Source: Octopus sinensis (Eukaryota). Taken from it: a DNA stretch of 64,000 nucleotides. The stretch is from contig NC_042999.1 in assembly GCF_006345805.1 (NCBI RefSeq), positions 164,362,001-164,426,000 on the forward strand, read 5' to 3'. The notes under the pieces are model-generated. The model was not told the origin of the DNA, made no database searches, and saw only the letters and a list, made by a program, of their open reading frames with translations. Shown here one piece after another: positions 37,191 to 49,338 of the stretch; position 1 is the stretch's first letter, and each line of letters begins with the position of its first letter. A program made the position numbers and the translations under genes.

Positions 37191-37911
37191 ATGACCTGGC
37201 ATTGCTTCTGATATATATATGTGTGTGTATATATACATAAACGTATGAAATAGACCTTCTAATCAAGGGCGTTCCAACCTCAACTATCTTGTCTTTTAGG
37301 GATATGTTGGATTGACATTATGTAATACATTCTTTTTAGGATTTGTATGTGTAGTTTGTTGTTTCTGGAGGATCAAAGATAACACAAAACCCCTTCCCTA
37401 GTTGCCTGGTAGTGTATGGAATTGTTGACTAAAGTACTCAATGACTGCATAAATCGCATGTGTGTGCATATATATATATATATATATAGGTAGGCATGCT
37501 TGATTATATATGCATGTGTGAAGGGGAGGGGTGATATGAAAGACACAGGAAGACAGGCAGAGTTAATGTGAAAGAGAAAATGAAAGAGTGAAATAAATTT
37601 ATTTTGATGTCACATTGCACTGAATGACAACGAACTAGAATGAGCAAGAGGAAGTGACCTGTTTGATATATATATATATATATATATTATTATTATTATT
37701 ATTATTATTATCATGACATGGTAGTTAAATAAGTTTGGTATGCCTTTGCATAGGGGGAAAGATAATAAATGTATCAGGAAAAACAAAGGTGGAGATTGTC
37801 AAGTTTGTAATTCCCATCAGATTTTCTTCCGACAAATTTATGTTTGTGTTACTGTTGCAACACAAATATGAATTTACCTTTAATATCTTGCTTTGTTTTC
37901 TTCTTTTTCAG

Positions 37912-38037
37912 CCTCCTATTGTCCCTAAAATTAGTCATGCCGGTGATACGAATAACTTTGAAGAATATCCAGATGAAGACACAAAATTTGTAGAGGAAGC
38001 TACACCAGATGATGTTGCACTGTTTACAGACTTTTAA
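37912..38037 (+). CDS. PRKX: PRKX/PKA-C3-like kinase, stop-containing exon (AGC C-terminal tail)
   Basis: ttctttttcag acceptor. Encodes PPIVPKISHAGDTNNFEEYPDEDTKFVEEATPDDVALFTDF*, with PPxxP, GDTxNF and the terminal FxxF hydrophobic motif typical of PKA/PRKX. Confidence 0.94.
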   Translation, partial: PPIVPKISHAGDTNNFEEYPDEDTKFVEEATPDDVALFTDF

Positions 38038-38433
38038 GAAATCTCTTCGCGTCATTGTTTGTTATTTTATTTATATTTAAATTATAATGGTGAAGAAATG
38101 ACTTTCTTTTCCTTCCCTATTGATTCGTAGTCATTTCTCATTGAATTTTATTGTACAGTCCCTATTTACACTCCATCAATCTCATGTCTACAACAGATGG
38201 AACTGCTGGTAAAAGATTTACATTAAAAGCATTTAACCCTAACTGAAGATATTTCAAATAAAGATATTTCCCCCCTCTCATGCCATTGCAGTAACATATA
38301 TATACAATTCTGTTAAATTCTTAAATATCTGCAAATACATTGTATCCTTTTTAAAGATACAGTTTAAACTTTTCAAATTATTCTCATTGAAATACACTAT
38401 TTTAAATGAAGTTTTGTATTTTAAATATATATT

Positions 38434-38486
<53 letters not shown>

Positions 38487-38910
38487 GTGGAGATAGTTTA
38501 AAGACAATTCTTCCTGATATTTTGGGATCTTTCAGAGTATGCTATCTTCAGAGGTTATTGTTGATTTTTACTATTTCTTACTGTCATCTTGTAGTAATAG
38601 TTTCTGTTCCATCAACACGACTGTGAGGAACAAAATTCTATATAATCAAGACTGGCAGCAAATAAATTTGGAGAAGGAGAATACATTTTTGTGTGAATTT
38701 GTTGACATATTGTAACAAAACTCATCTCATTGGACAAAAACAAATCTTATAAATTATACAATCATCATGAAAAAGTAATTAATCTCAAAATTGACACCTG
38801 AAAAGGTATTTATTAACTTAATACTATTATTTATTAACTATCAATAGCATTGCCCCACACCTTCTTCTTGGTTTTATCTTCAGATGTTTATCTCATCTAT
38901 TCAGTTTTAA

Positions 38911-39112
38911 CCCTTTCGTTACCAACCCGGCTGAAACCGGTTCTGGCTCTGCAGTACAAATGTCTTGTTTTCATAAGTTTTGAATTAAAATCTTCCACCA
39001 AACCTTAGTCACAATTTATGTAACTAACATCAGCTGAATGATAACTAATTTATTTTACTAAATTCTTTGTTATATTTAAAGTAATTGAAAGAAACACAGA
39101 GCATCTAAAGGG
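38911..39112. mobile_element. TTAA-flanked MITE, family A second copy
   Basis: TTAA|ccctttcgttaccaacccggctgaaaccgg ... aaaggg|TTAA. Colinear with 16419-16639. Confidence 0.85.
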
Positions 39113-40033
39113 TTAAAGTAATTTTATTTTTTTATTGTATTGTTATCTTATTCAGTAAGAAACAAAATATGCAGTTCTCTTATATTTTAGCTGTTTCCTT
39201 ATATTAATTAATATTATTTTTTTTTTCTACTATATTCAAAAAGCAATTCACAAAGAGATAGAAACCAACCATTATGACATGTTAAAGATAGCTGTCTGAT
39301 TACCATTAGCTTACAACTTAAATCATTTTAAAACCCACTTTTGTGACACCCAATTTTTCAGTTTAAACATGGCTTATTTTTTCATAAAACATATTTTATC
39401 TGCTAACAGTCATAATAATTTGCAGATGTTGATTATGAACTTATCTTCAGCGATTTTAGACTTTTGATATGAACATGCGTGACACCATCTCCAGTTCCAT
39501 AATGCAAACGTTATATATTCCAAAGTGGTTTCTCTTATGACCCACCATCAATGTTTCAAGTGGATTTCTTTCCAAACACCCGCTTAATAATTATAAAATT
39601 ATTTTACTAAATTCTTCATTATTTTCAGAATTAATTGAAACAAAGATAATGTATTTCAACACAAATATGGTAACAAAAGAGATAAAGAAAGGTTTTAAGT
39701 TCAAAACCATGTGATGTCTATTCAGTTAAAGCAAAAGTACTTCATTGAAATATGGTTACTATGTTGAATACTGTCCAAATGTAAAGTGGAAACATTTTCT
39801 TTTCTTTTTTGTTATTTTTTTTTTGCATCTTTTCTGTTTTTCACATTCCTTAAGTCTGTCTGCTTATTTAAATATCTGGTAAACATTAAAATTTTCTCTC
39901 CAAGGATGAGCTTTGCTTAAAACATCAGTACTCACGTTTCTTTATGGTATGAGAAATTATCCGAACTTGAGAACAGTTTTAGATGTTAGCAATAAAGTAG
40001 TAAGGGGTGTCTTCAGGTCCTGCTACTCCTGAC

Positions 40034-40335
40034 CAGTAATAATATCCATATGAACAGAGTGGCTCTAGTGATAGATCTTGGCAGTAGTAACTTCCAAATC
40101 CCCACAGTTGCAGCAATAACAAATCTAGGCAGTAGTAAGGAGTATGTGAGCATAATTGCAATGTAGGCGAATTTTGGTACTATTAATGTACATATGAGTA
40201 AAGTTGCTGTAATGACAAACCTAAGCATTAGTAATGTCCATGTGAGTAGAGTTATTGTAATGACTGATTTGGTCAGTAGATACGACCATGTCACCAGAGT
40301 TACTGTAATGACCAATCTATGCAGTTGTAGTGTGC
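40034..40335. repeat. Degenerate 48-bp tandem repeat, about 6.3 units
   Basis: Unit starts at 40034, 40082, 40130, 40178, 40226, 40274 and 40322. Approximate consensus cagtagtaatgtccatgtgagcagagttgctgtaatgacaaatctagg. Confidence 0.85.
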
Positions 40336-41329
40336 ATAGGAATAAAACTCCTATTTCAAATGTTGATATAATTTTTTCCCTGATCATCTTTGATTGACAG
40401 TATATAATTTTAGAGGAATGAGATAAAAGGGTTCAAGGTTCTAACTGCTGAGGAACTTCCTTATCAAGATAGCTGTTGTCATCAGGCGTCAAGCAGTTTA
40501 ATGGAGATCAAAGCTTAACCTTCAGAAAAGATAAAAATGTTGCATATCAAGTAGCTTAGATTAAATATTTCTGACAGACGAGAAACAAAATCAGATGAAT
40601 TTGTCATAACAAACAACCTAGAATGAGTAACAGTTTCGGTCATAAGGTCTTCTCTTTTCTATGTGAGAGTCACAGCTATTAAGTTGGTTGCATTGCAATT
40701 TGTAAGCTTACTAAACTAGATGTAGATCTACTCCAACAAGTTGTACTTGAAAATATGTACTCTCATTAAGTTAGATGTAGCTTGAATAGAAATAGTCTTG
40801 CTAGGAAGAAAGGTAAAATCATGGTTAGAGGTGCTATAGTAAAAGTACCATGCTGGAAACGAAATATTTTTGCTGGGTGCTGAAATGCTATCTTCTTGAG
40901 TATTATACAAAGTTGCATCAGTATTTAACCAGAGTCAAATGAGTCAAATTAGGAATTCTCTTACTTTTCGCTACCCATCGATGACATTGTTGCAGAAAAC
41001 CTCAAAAGAAATGTCATTGGTGCTGTTCCTCTCCTTCCAAACTAAAATAATAAAAATATCATGTGGTAAGATAATCTACCAAATTTTGGCTCTGAACATC
41101 CTTCTCTTCCTTCAGTATGGAAAAAAATAGATGCTACTCAAATACTTTCGTACTTCACATTTGTTACGCTCTTCCTCTTATATTTTTTATAATGGTCTTT
41201 TTTTTCTTTTTATTATTATTATAGTGTGTGTTTCATAACCTATCACTATTTCCGCATACAAAGTAAGAAACATCAAGTAAAACATTGCTGCATTATAATA
41301 TCATAAAAAAGATCCCATTCAAGTTGGTT

Positions 41330-43520
41330 TTTCTTTCTTTATTTATGTGGTTTAGTCAGGAGGTAGAGGGCTACGGTTATGACCCCTGTAGGTCTTCTGG
41401 TGAAACTAATGAGGTTTATGCGTGGAGAAAAAATGAAGGATGAAAGAGAAATCCAGGGCTTCTTGGTTAGAGACACTCTTCTTGTGAAGTAAATGGCACA
41501 GTTAGTAGAGTGGGTCATGACAGATAGGGGGGGGGAGACAAAGTATGAACGACAAGAGGAACAGAGAAATGGGGGAACATGGCAGATTATGTTGTGAAAA
41601 TACAGTTACCTCCTTGAGATCATCAGAAGTTGTGAGGCTTACCATTAATAGAAACTTTGAAAGTTTTTATTGCATGTTGTCCAAGACTAGGGAAAATGAG
41701 GTCCATTGTTTCCTTTGGTAAGATCAATGATTCTGTCTTTCTTCTGTTGAAGAAGACAAATTGAATATGTATTCTCCTATTAGATAATATTTTCAAGGTC
41801 TCTGTTTATGATCTGAAGTGTATAGGTTGCATTTGAATGGCGTGAGTATGTGGAAAGCAAGGGCAAAGTGAAAAGTGTTATTCATGTTCGAGGGAGCAAG
41901 ATTATTTGAGGTGTTTTATTGAATAGTTTGTTTATGTACAGGTGAAAGAATTTGGGTAGCATAAATGAACTGAACCAGAGTTCAAGGAAACCCTCACCAA
42001 CAGAAATGGTCTCCCAAGGAACTTCTTACTCAAAAGATGTAAGACAGACAATTTAGCCAGACACATTTCATAAAGTGCTGTGACATTGTTTTACTCTATT
42101 TTTCAAGAACAAAGGATAGGACCACTGGTGAGTGATTTAGGAAAGAAATTCTCCAAAAGAGTTCGCTCTATGTCAGCCATGCCAGTTGTAATTGAAGAGA
42201 GAGAAAAGTTGAAGGTGTAAAGGTGATTGTTAATGATTGTTTCCATCATTTTTGAGAGGTTTCAAGTAAAAGTGATGTTGCACTGAGGCAGGATTCCAAA
42301 GATCAGGGCAGAATTCTTTTAGTGAGAGAGAGAGAAAGGTTGAAAAGTTTCATGAAAGTACAGGAAAGAGAAAGAAAGGTTGAAAAGTTTCATGAAAGTA
42401 CAGGAAAGAGAGAAAGGTTGAAAAGTTTCATGAAAGTACAGGAAAGAGAGAGAAAGGTTGAAAAGTTTCATGAAAGTACAGGATAAGTGTAGGAAACACT
42501 GAGAACAATGGAAAGGATTGTTGGTTTAAAGTGAACTAAGATGTTTCCACATGGTGGAGTGGAGAAAGGTTTGGTGGAGTTTTACTTAGTGTGTACAATG
42601 TTGAACTGGATGCAGACATAGAAGCTTTCTCTTTAGGAGACATCATGCTTAAGGAGTAGTGGGAGGAAGGATTCTGAATAGTTGGTGGAAACCTTGGAAG
42701 AGATAAAAAAAAAATAAGGCTAGTTGCACTTTAAGAGGTTATCATTATGTAAGGTTGTCTTTTGTTTTATGGATGGTTGTCTTTCAGGATTTCTAGTGGC
42801 AGGTAAAATCCACCCAATTTGAAATGGTGAGTGGGATTTTTTCTTCCTAATACGAGGGATAGTATATAACTGGTAGAGCTTCAGTCAGTTAGTGCCATAG
42901 GGTTTAAATGGTTGAGGGCATCTCTCCAATTCAGGTGAACACATTAGATATACACAAACATATAATGGGTTTTTACACAGTTTGCATCTACCAAATTTAA
43001 CTCAAAACTCTCAGTAGTTAATCCAAGGCAATAATGAATGAGTTGTGCCGTGGGATCAAGCTTAGAACTATTCTGTTAACTTGGTTTTGAAGCAAACTTC
43101 TAAAGCACACAACTATGCCTGAATGTTTAGGGCTAGGGTGAAGGTAACTTATTGGGAACGAAGATTATTTACAAACTAATGAGCAGCTGAAGGTTAGCTA
43201 ACAAATGGGTGGCTGGTGATGTGGAGGAGCATCAAAAAGTGGTGTAGGTATAACTTTTGGGACTAAGATTTAAGTTAAAGATGGTTTTATTAGAAGAATG
43301 GGGTAAATAATTTAAGTTAAAAGCCAAGAAAATCAATAACTTTGGTGTAAAATAATTGGAAAAGAAAAACATGATAGATTCAAAATGTGATTTGTCAACT
43401 GTAGAAATATGAAGAGAACTTAGACTCACCATTGAACTGTTCAGTAATTTCATGCTAAAAGTGAGTTGATTGAATGCAGCTCATTGGGGACATGATTCAA
43501 GAGAAGAAACACTGGAGTGG
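41330..43520 (-). mobile_element. Possible very old non-LTR retroelement remnant
   Basis: Long strand-asymmetric block with faint RT-like remnants (KVSINGK..., SPISLFLL). No clean motif series. Confidence 0.3.
42331..42484. repeat. ~40-bp tandem repeat, four copies
   Basis: aaaggttgaaaagtttcatgaaagtacagga plus a short GA linker, repeated four times. Confidence 0.92.
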
Positions 43521-44791
43521 GATCATGTTGTAATGTTCTAGTTTTAGCTTTCTGCAGACTAATGAACTGTTTTCCTTTTGCAGGATATCTATTTACATCT
43601 AGTAAAACTAGATCAGTTGGGTGTTGCGGTATATTGGCTGGTGATTAAATACTACATCAATGACAGGAACTGTCCCCTCGACTTTCAGTCTTAGAGCTTG
43701 TATTTTAATAACTCAACCGACTGAAACTTTTCATTTGATTTGTGCTCCTCACTCTGCCCGGTTTTAGCCAAACATTAAACACTCAACAGCTGGGTTCATG
43801 TAGCTTCAGCACTGTGTATATTGTGGAATTGAAAAATATATTTTGTTGATTTGCTATGCATCAGCATATAACTCTGGTATAAACTCTGCTATCTTGTTCT
43901 ATGCCAGTATCGTATCTCATCTGAAACTGGACCAAAGCATATGCTCCTATGGTTTGTAATGATTCTGGGAAATACTTTACTTATAACAACCTGCAAATGA
44001 TGCTAAAATTCAGTGGAAAGGAGTCTTTTGTCTGGGGTTGATAAAATGAAGACCAGCCACCAACTATTCGACTATCCCCTCCCTTAAAGCTAATGACCTT
44101 GTAGTTTCCCAATAAAGTTAACTTTTCCTTCTTTCTCAGGTGATTGGTAAACTAAGTACCAGTCAAGTGGTTTCAGTGCCTTCACCTTTATCCCAAATCT
44201 GTGGCCTTCTGCCTATGTCAGAAACCATTCTTATTTATTTCTTATCAAGATGGTTAGCTGGCAGAATCGTTAGCAGGTCAGACAAAATGTTTCAGATTCT
44301 GCCAAGGTGAACTTTGCCTTTCATCCTTTTGTGGTTGATAAAATAAGAACCAGTTGAGCATGAGGGGTGGGGGTGGGGGGGGGGTCAATGTAATTGACTA
44401 GCCCCCCCCCCTCCCCCCCAAAATTTCAGGCCTTGTGTCTAAATTAAAAAGGATTATTTTTTTCTTATCAATGCAGGATATGAAAAGAAAAAAAAAGACT
44501 GAAATGGTTTTTTGTTTGTTCTTTTAGCACAATCTTTGTATATTGAATTCATCTGTTTACTATTCTGGCAGTTAAATGGTTAAACTGATTTTCAGGAACA
44601 AGAGGTTTTCCACAACTGAGATTATAATAAAAGCCTATTTCTGCTCATTCCTTAAAAACTTGTAAAACATGGATCACTGAAATTTTATTTTTTGTTGGTA
44701 CCTGTAAATGTATCAAAATGTGCAGCCAATGTAAACATATTTGCATATAAGTTTTCTAAAGTGTATTAAAAGTTATACAATATTTATTGAT

Positions 44792-44797
44792 AATAAA
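44792..44797 (+). promoter_or_regulatory. Candidate distal polyadenylation signal of the kinase gene
   Basis: AATAAA (another at 44626) in unique AU-rich sequence with upstream TGTA motifs and a downstream T-rich tract. The hexamer is common in AT-rich DNA. Confidence 0.3.
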
Positions 44798-44887
44798 AAT
44801 GTTTAAAATCATTTCCTTTTATAATATGTATATTTTAATTAAATTTATCCCATGTTTAAATTAAGGAAGTACTTTTAAATATATCAA

Positions 44888-45097
44888 CCCTTTAGCATTT
44901 AAATTGGCCCCCATATCCAGCCCAAATATTCTCCATTTCATGTTCAAACCCGCCAGATCTGGCCTCTTACATCTACCCTACAATGTCAAATAATCACATC
45001 ACTGAAATATCGAAACTATGAGATAATGCCTCATTAATTCAAAACATTGTTAATAAAAAAGCATTACATTTAACAGAGTAATCTGAATTCTAAAGGG
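44888..45097. mobile_element. TTAA-type MITE, family B (other copies ~174-389 and, inverted, ~18697-18914)
   Basis: ccctttagcatt ... aattctaaaggg|TTAA termini. Internal sequence is shared among three copies. Confidence 0.75.
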
Positions 45098-45240
45098 TTA
45101 AGTCAGCTTACATTTTTAGTGTGTGTGTGTGTATATTTATGTATGTGTGCTCATTCTCTGTACTTTGTGTGTGACCTCAGATTCATATGTACATACACCC
45201 ACATCTTTGTTTCATAGATTTAATTAATCAGATATTAGCG

Positions 45241-45580
45241 AAGGTGTGTGGCTCAGTGGTTCGAGGATTGGGCTTACAGTTGTGAGATTGTGATTTCGAT
45301 GTCCTGGACTGAGCTGTGTGTTGTGTTCTTGAGCAAGACTCTTCATTTCATGTTGCTCCAGTTCACTCAGCTGTAGAAATGAGTTGCGGCGTCACAGGTG
45401 CCAAGCTGTATCGACCTTTACCTTTTCCTTGGATAACATTGGTGGCATGGAGAGGGGAGGCCGGTATGCATGGGCGACTGCTGGTCTTCCATTAGCAACC
45501 TTGCCTGGACTTGTACCCAGGAAGGTAACTTTCTAGGTGCAATCCCATGGTCAGTCATGACCAAAGAGGGCCTTTACTTT
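45241..45580 (+). mobile_element. tRNA-derived SINE, third family
   Basis: tggctcagtggt box A-like head and gtgttcttgagcaagac...catttca body. Related heads at ~4270 and ~49420. Confidence 0.65.
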
Positions 45581-48556
45581 TTATATTGCTTTTTTTTTTT
45601 TAAAGTCCTGCAACATTAAACGTTTTCAATGTATTTGCTTATGCAGGAGCAATTATTAACGAGTGTCTTCTGAGAGAAAATATGTCAACATTATCTAAAG
45701 CTTGTTTTTTCATATCTTCACATCTGATATGCAGCCATCACCTGAAAAGTGGCTATTTTTAAGAATTTCACTGAATTTGGTTGACATATTTTTACAACAT
45801 TCATGTTTATATTATTTTATTTTAATCTTTTTCTCTCTTTCTTTTTTGTTTTATCAAACACCTGAAATTTTCAAACAGTGTATGAGATTTTTTTGAACTA
45901 ATATTTTTCCAGGCTAAGGCAAGGAGCTAGCAGAATCATTAGCATACTAGGCAAAATGCTTAGTGGTATTTCATCCATCTTTACATTCTGAGTCCAAATT
46001 TCACTGACATTGACTTTGACTTTCATTGTTTCAGGCTTGATAAAAGAAGTACCAGTTGAACACTGGGGTCAATGAATTTGACTACCCCTCCCCACTCGAA
46101 ATTGCTGTCCTTGTGTCAAAATTTGATATCAATATTTTTCCAGACTTTTCTGTATAATAGCTCCTTGTTATCTTTCTACTACTTTTATAGTCTATGAGGT
46201 TTTAATTATTGAGAGTATCTCATTGTTCTTTATATGTAAATTTTCCATGCTGGCATGGTCTATTGTACAGCATTCCACACTGGATTGATTTGGACACTAT
46301 GTCAAAGAAACTTCTATTTTCAGTACACAGAACTTTTACATCCATCGCTCATGATACTTTCTCATCAGATGTCCTTACCAGCAAAGTCAATACATATTAA
46401 CTGGTACCATTGGTAGCCAGCTAGTTTCTCAACACCTTTATGCTCTAAATCAAGTGGTTCTCAGCCGTGGTCCATATAAAAGTTTTGGGGGTACACACAA
46501 GAAAAATAGTAAACTGGGAACCCACAATAGTATATTAAGGGTCCATGAAAGAATTTTTCCTTTAGATCAACGGTTCTCAACAGGGGTTGATATAAGATCT
46601 CTTGTTAAAGTTTATGTGCAATAAATTAGTTATATGTCTGCAGTACAAAAGATATTTTAATACAATTTCCAATGATATTTAATTGTAAAAAATATATTAG
46701 GTCTTTTTAAAACACCAAATGACTATGAAGGCCTAGTAGAGTTAAATAAAAATCAAATTGTCAAAAAATGGTTTAAGTGTGTTTTGTGCAAGAAACAGCT
46801 AGATTTCTTTCTCAAATGTTTTATATAATTCAACCTATACAAGTTAATGTGTGGAAAGTAAAATAGAAATGTTGAAATAAGTGTCTTTAAAACTAGTTTT
46901 TAAACATCAAATAGCAATGGGGGTCCATTAGAGTAAAGCAGCAATGAATAGGGTCCATAGGTTAAAAACAGTTGAGAACAATGGTTCTAGATTCTAAGGA
47001 AGTTAACAGGTCACATGCATACCTGACTCATTTTTCTTCACAGTCCTCACAGATCTGTCCATATTTCACTACCATGCTGAATCACACTCCTTAAACAAGT
47101 TCCTTGCAATCTACTTTTTGCATTGTTGAGAGAAACCATTTGCTTTCAACAGAGATAAGGACTTTCTGAATTACTTTTACTTCTAATAACTATATTTTCA
47201 TTACAATTGTCCTCCAGTATTATTCAGATAATAGTAGTTATTGATTATATTTAGTGAGTCAGCTGAATGTTTCGTGGACTTCATTTCATCGGTACTTCTA
47301 CTGCAAACTACTCTGATATTTATCTTATCTGAAGTCCTAATTCTCTGTCAGATTTGTGCCAAGTCGGGTGGTAGAAAAAGAAACTACAGTTAAATTGCTT
47401 TGTTAGCATCTGGTAAATAAGGAAGTTTATTAGAATGATGCATCTAGAAACTTCAGAGTTACCATTTAACTAACATCACTCTTCTGTGAGCGAGTCATTC
47501 CAATCTCCAATGTTTGTTGTTTCAAATTACAGTCAATTATCTTTGGAAGTGGAAGTGTTTGGGATTTTGAATTCTTCCTAGTTCAGAAGACTGTATAATT
47601 ACATTTTTAAAAGTGGAGAGCTTGGTGACAAAACCCTAGTCCAAGCACATTGTTCATTTACATTTCATAATACATCTCATTTAACTAACATCACTCTTCT
47701 GTGAGCGAGTCATTCCAAGAAGGCAGACATCATTCTGGTACTTGTTCAGTTTTGCTTTAGGTTCTATTTTTACTTCAGCTTGTCAATCACATAAACACAA
47801 TACTTGCATTTTATCCTTACCCATGACATCCTATTTTGGGTTTTTTTTTTCTAAATCTTTCCAAGAATTTTAAGGAATTTTCCTCATGGTGCTTCTCATA
47901 CCCAAAAGGATATTGGTTTTCAGATTTACAGATAAAGGGTTATCAGCTGTTTTAAGTTTGTTATTCCTCTCTGCAGTATAACCAGCAATTCTGGTTCTGA
48001 CTCAAATCTGGATCATTACGTTTTTTACAGGTAAAGAAAATATTCTCTTTATTCACATATTATCAAAGACTTTCTGTCACTTTACATGCTACAGTCTCTA
48101 AAATGAAAACCAAATAGATTCAAGAGTCCTGCAAACTTTCAGTAAAAATGTTATGAAATGTTATGAAAAAGATGTTGATGAAATATTATTTACTTAAACT
48201 TTATAACCGTCACTCCATCAGTTCTAATTGACGAGGGTTCTAATTGATCCGATCAACTGAACAACCTGCTTATGAAATAAACGAACAAGTGGCCGAGCAC
48301 TTCACAGACACATGTGGACCCTTAACATAATTCTCATGAAGATTCAGTGTGACACCCAGAATATGACAAGGCTGGCCCCTTGAAATTACTGGTACAACTC
48401 ATTTTTTCCAGCTGAGTGGACTGGAGCAGTGTGGAATAAAGTGTCTTGCTCAAGGACATAATGTACTGACAGGAATCAAACTTATGATCATAAGCCACTA
48501 ATCCCCTATCCACTAATCCACATATACACTTTACTTAAACTAACACACCTAGTATA

Positions 48557-48723
48557 GGTGCAGGAGTGGCTGTGTGGTAAGTAGCTTGCTAACCAACCAC
48601 ATGGTTCCGGGTTCAGTCTCACTGCGTGGCATCTTGGGCAAGTGTCTTCTGCTATAGCCCCGGGCCGACCAATGCCTTGTGAGTGGATTTCGTTGACAGA
48701 AACTGAAAGAAGCCTGTCGTATA

Positions 48724-48772
<49 letters not shown>

Positions 48773-48970
48773 GTCTGTGTTTGTCCCCCCCCCCAAAATC
48801 GCTTGACAACTGATGCTGGTGTGTTTACGTCCCCATCTCTAAGCGGTTCGGCAAAAGAGACCAATAGAATAAGTACTGGGCTTACAAAGAATAAGTCCTG
48901 GTGTCGATTTGCTCGACTAAAGGCGGTGCTCCAGCATGACCGCCGTCAAATGACTGAAACAAGTAAAAGA
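48557..48970 (+). mobile_element. Full-length tRNA-derived SINE with internal (TA)n/(TG)n
   Basis: Box A-like tggctgtgtgg, box B-like ggttcagtc, body gccttgtgagtggattt...gaaactgaaagaagcc and tail ggtgctccagcatg...gaaacaagtaaaaga. Many homologues, e.g. 3021-3770, 6300-6530, 20225-20590, 26155-26560. Confidence 0.88.
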
Positions 48971-49304
48971 GTATACCTTGACTGATTCTTGCTGTACTGA
49001 GTCATGGATTTGCTTCTCTGCCACAACTACACGAATGCTGAAATAAAGCTGGCTTAAAGTTACTCAGCTGTACAATAACAACAGCTTCTGTTGCACATCT
49101 CACTTTGTACACACATTACTTCTCTCATTGTGCATGCCACAACCTTACTCGTATCCCATTTCGTTTTGTGATGGTTGTGTAGGAAAAAGTTTGCTTCCCA
49201 ATCACATTGGTTTTAGATTCAATTCCAGTCATGGCACCTTCGAGAAGTTGGCCCAGGGCCAACTAAACCCTTATGAGTGGATTCAGTTGTTGGAAACTAA
49301 AAGA

Positions 49305-49338
<34 letters not shown>

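Noticed and set aside
37735-37911. N-terminal part of the 100-aa ORF
   Set aside because: Intronic read-through upstream of the 37912 acceptor, with no kinase similarity.
48557-48630. tRNA-like boxes
   Set aside because: SINE head without a full cloverleaf, contiguous with the SINE body.
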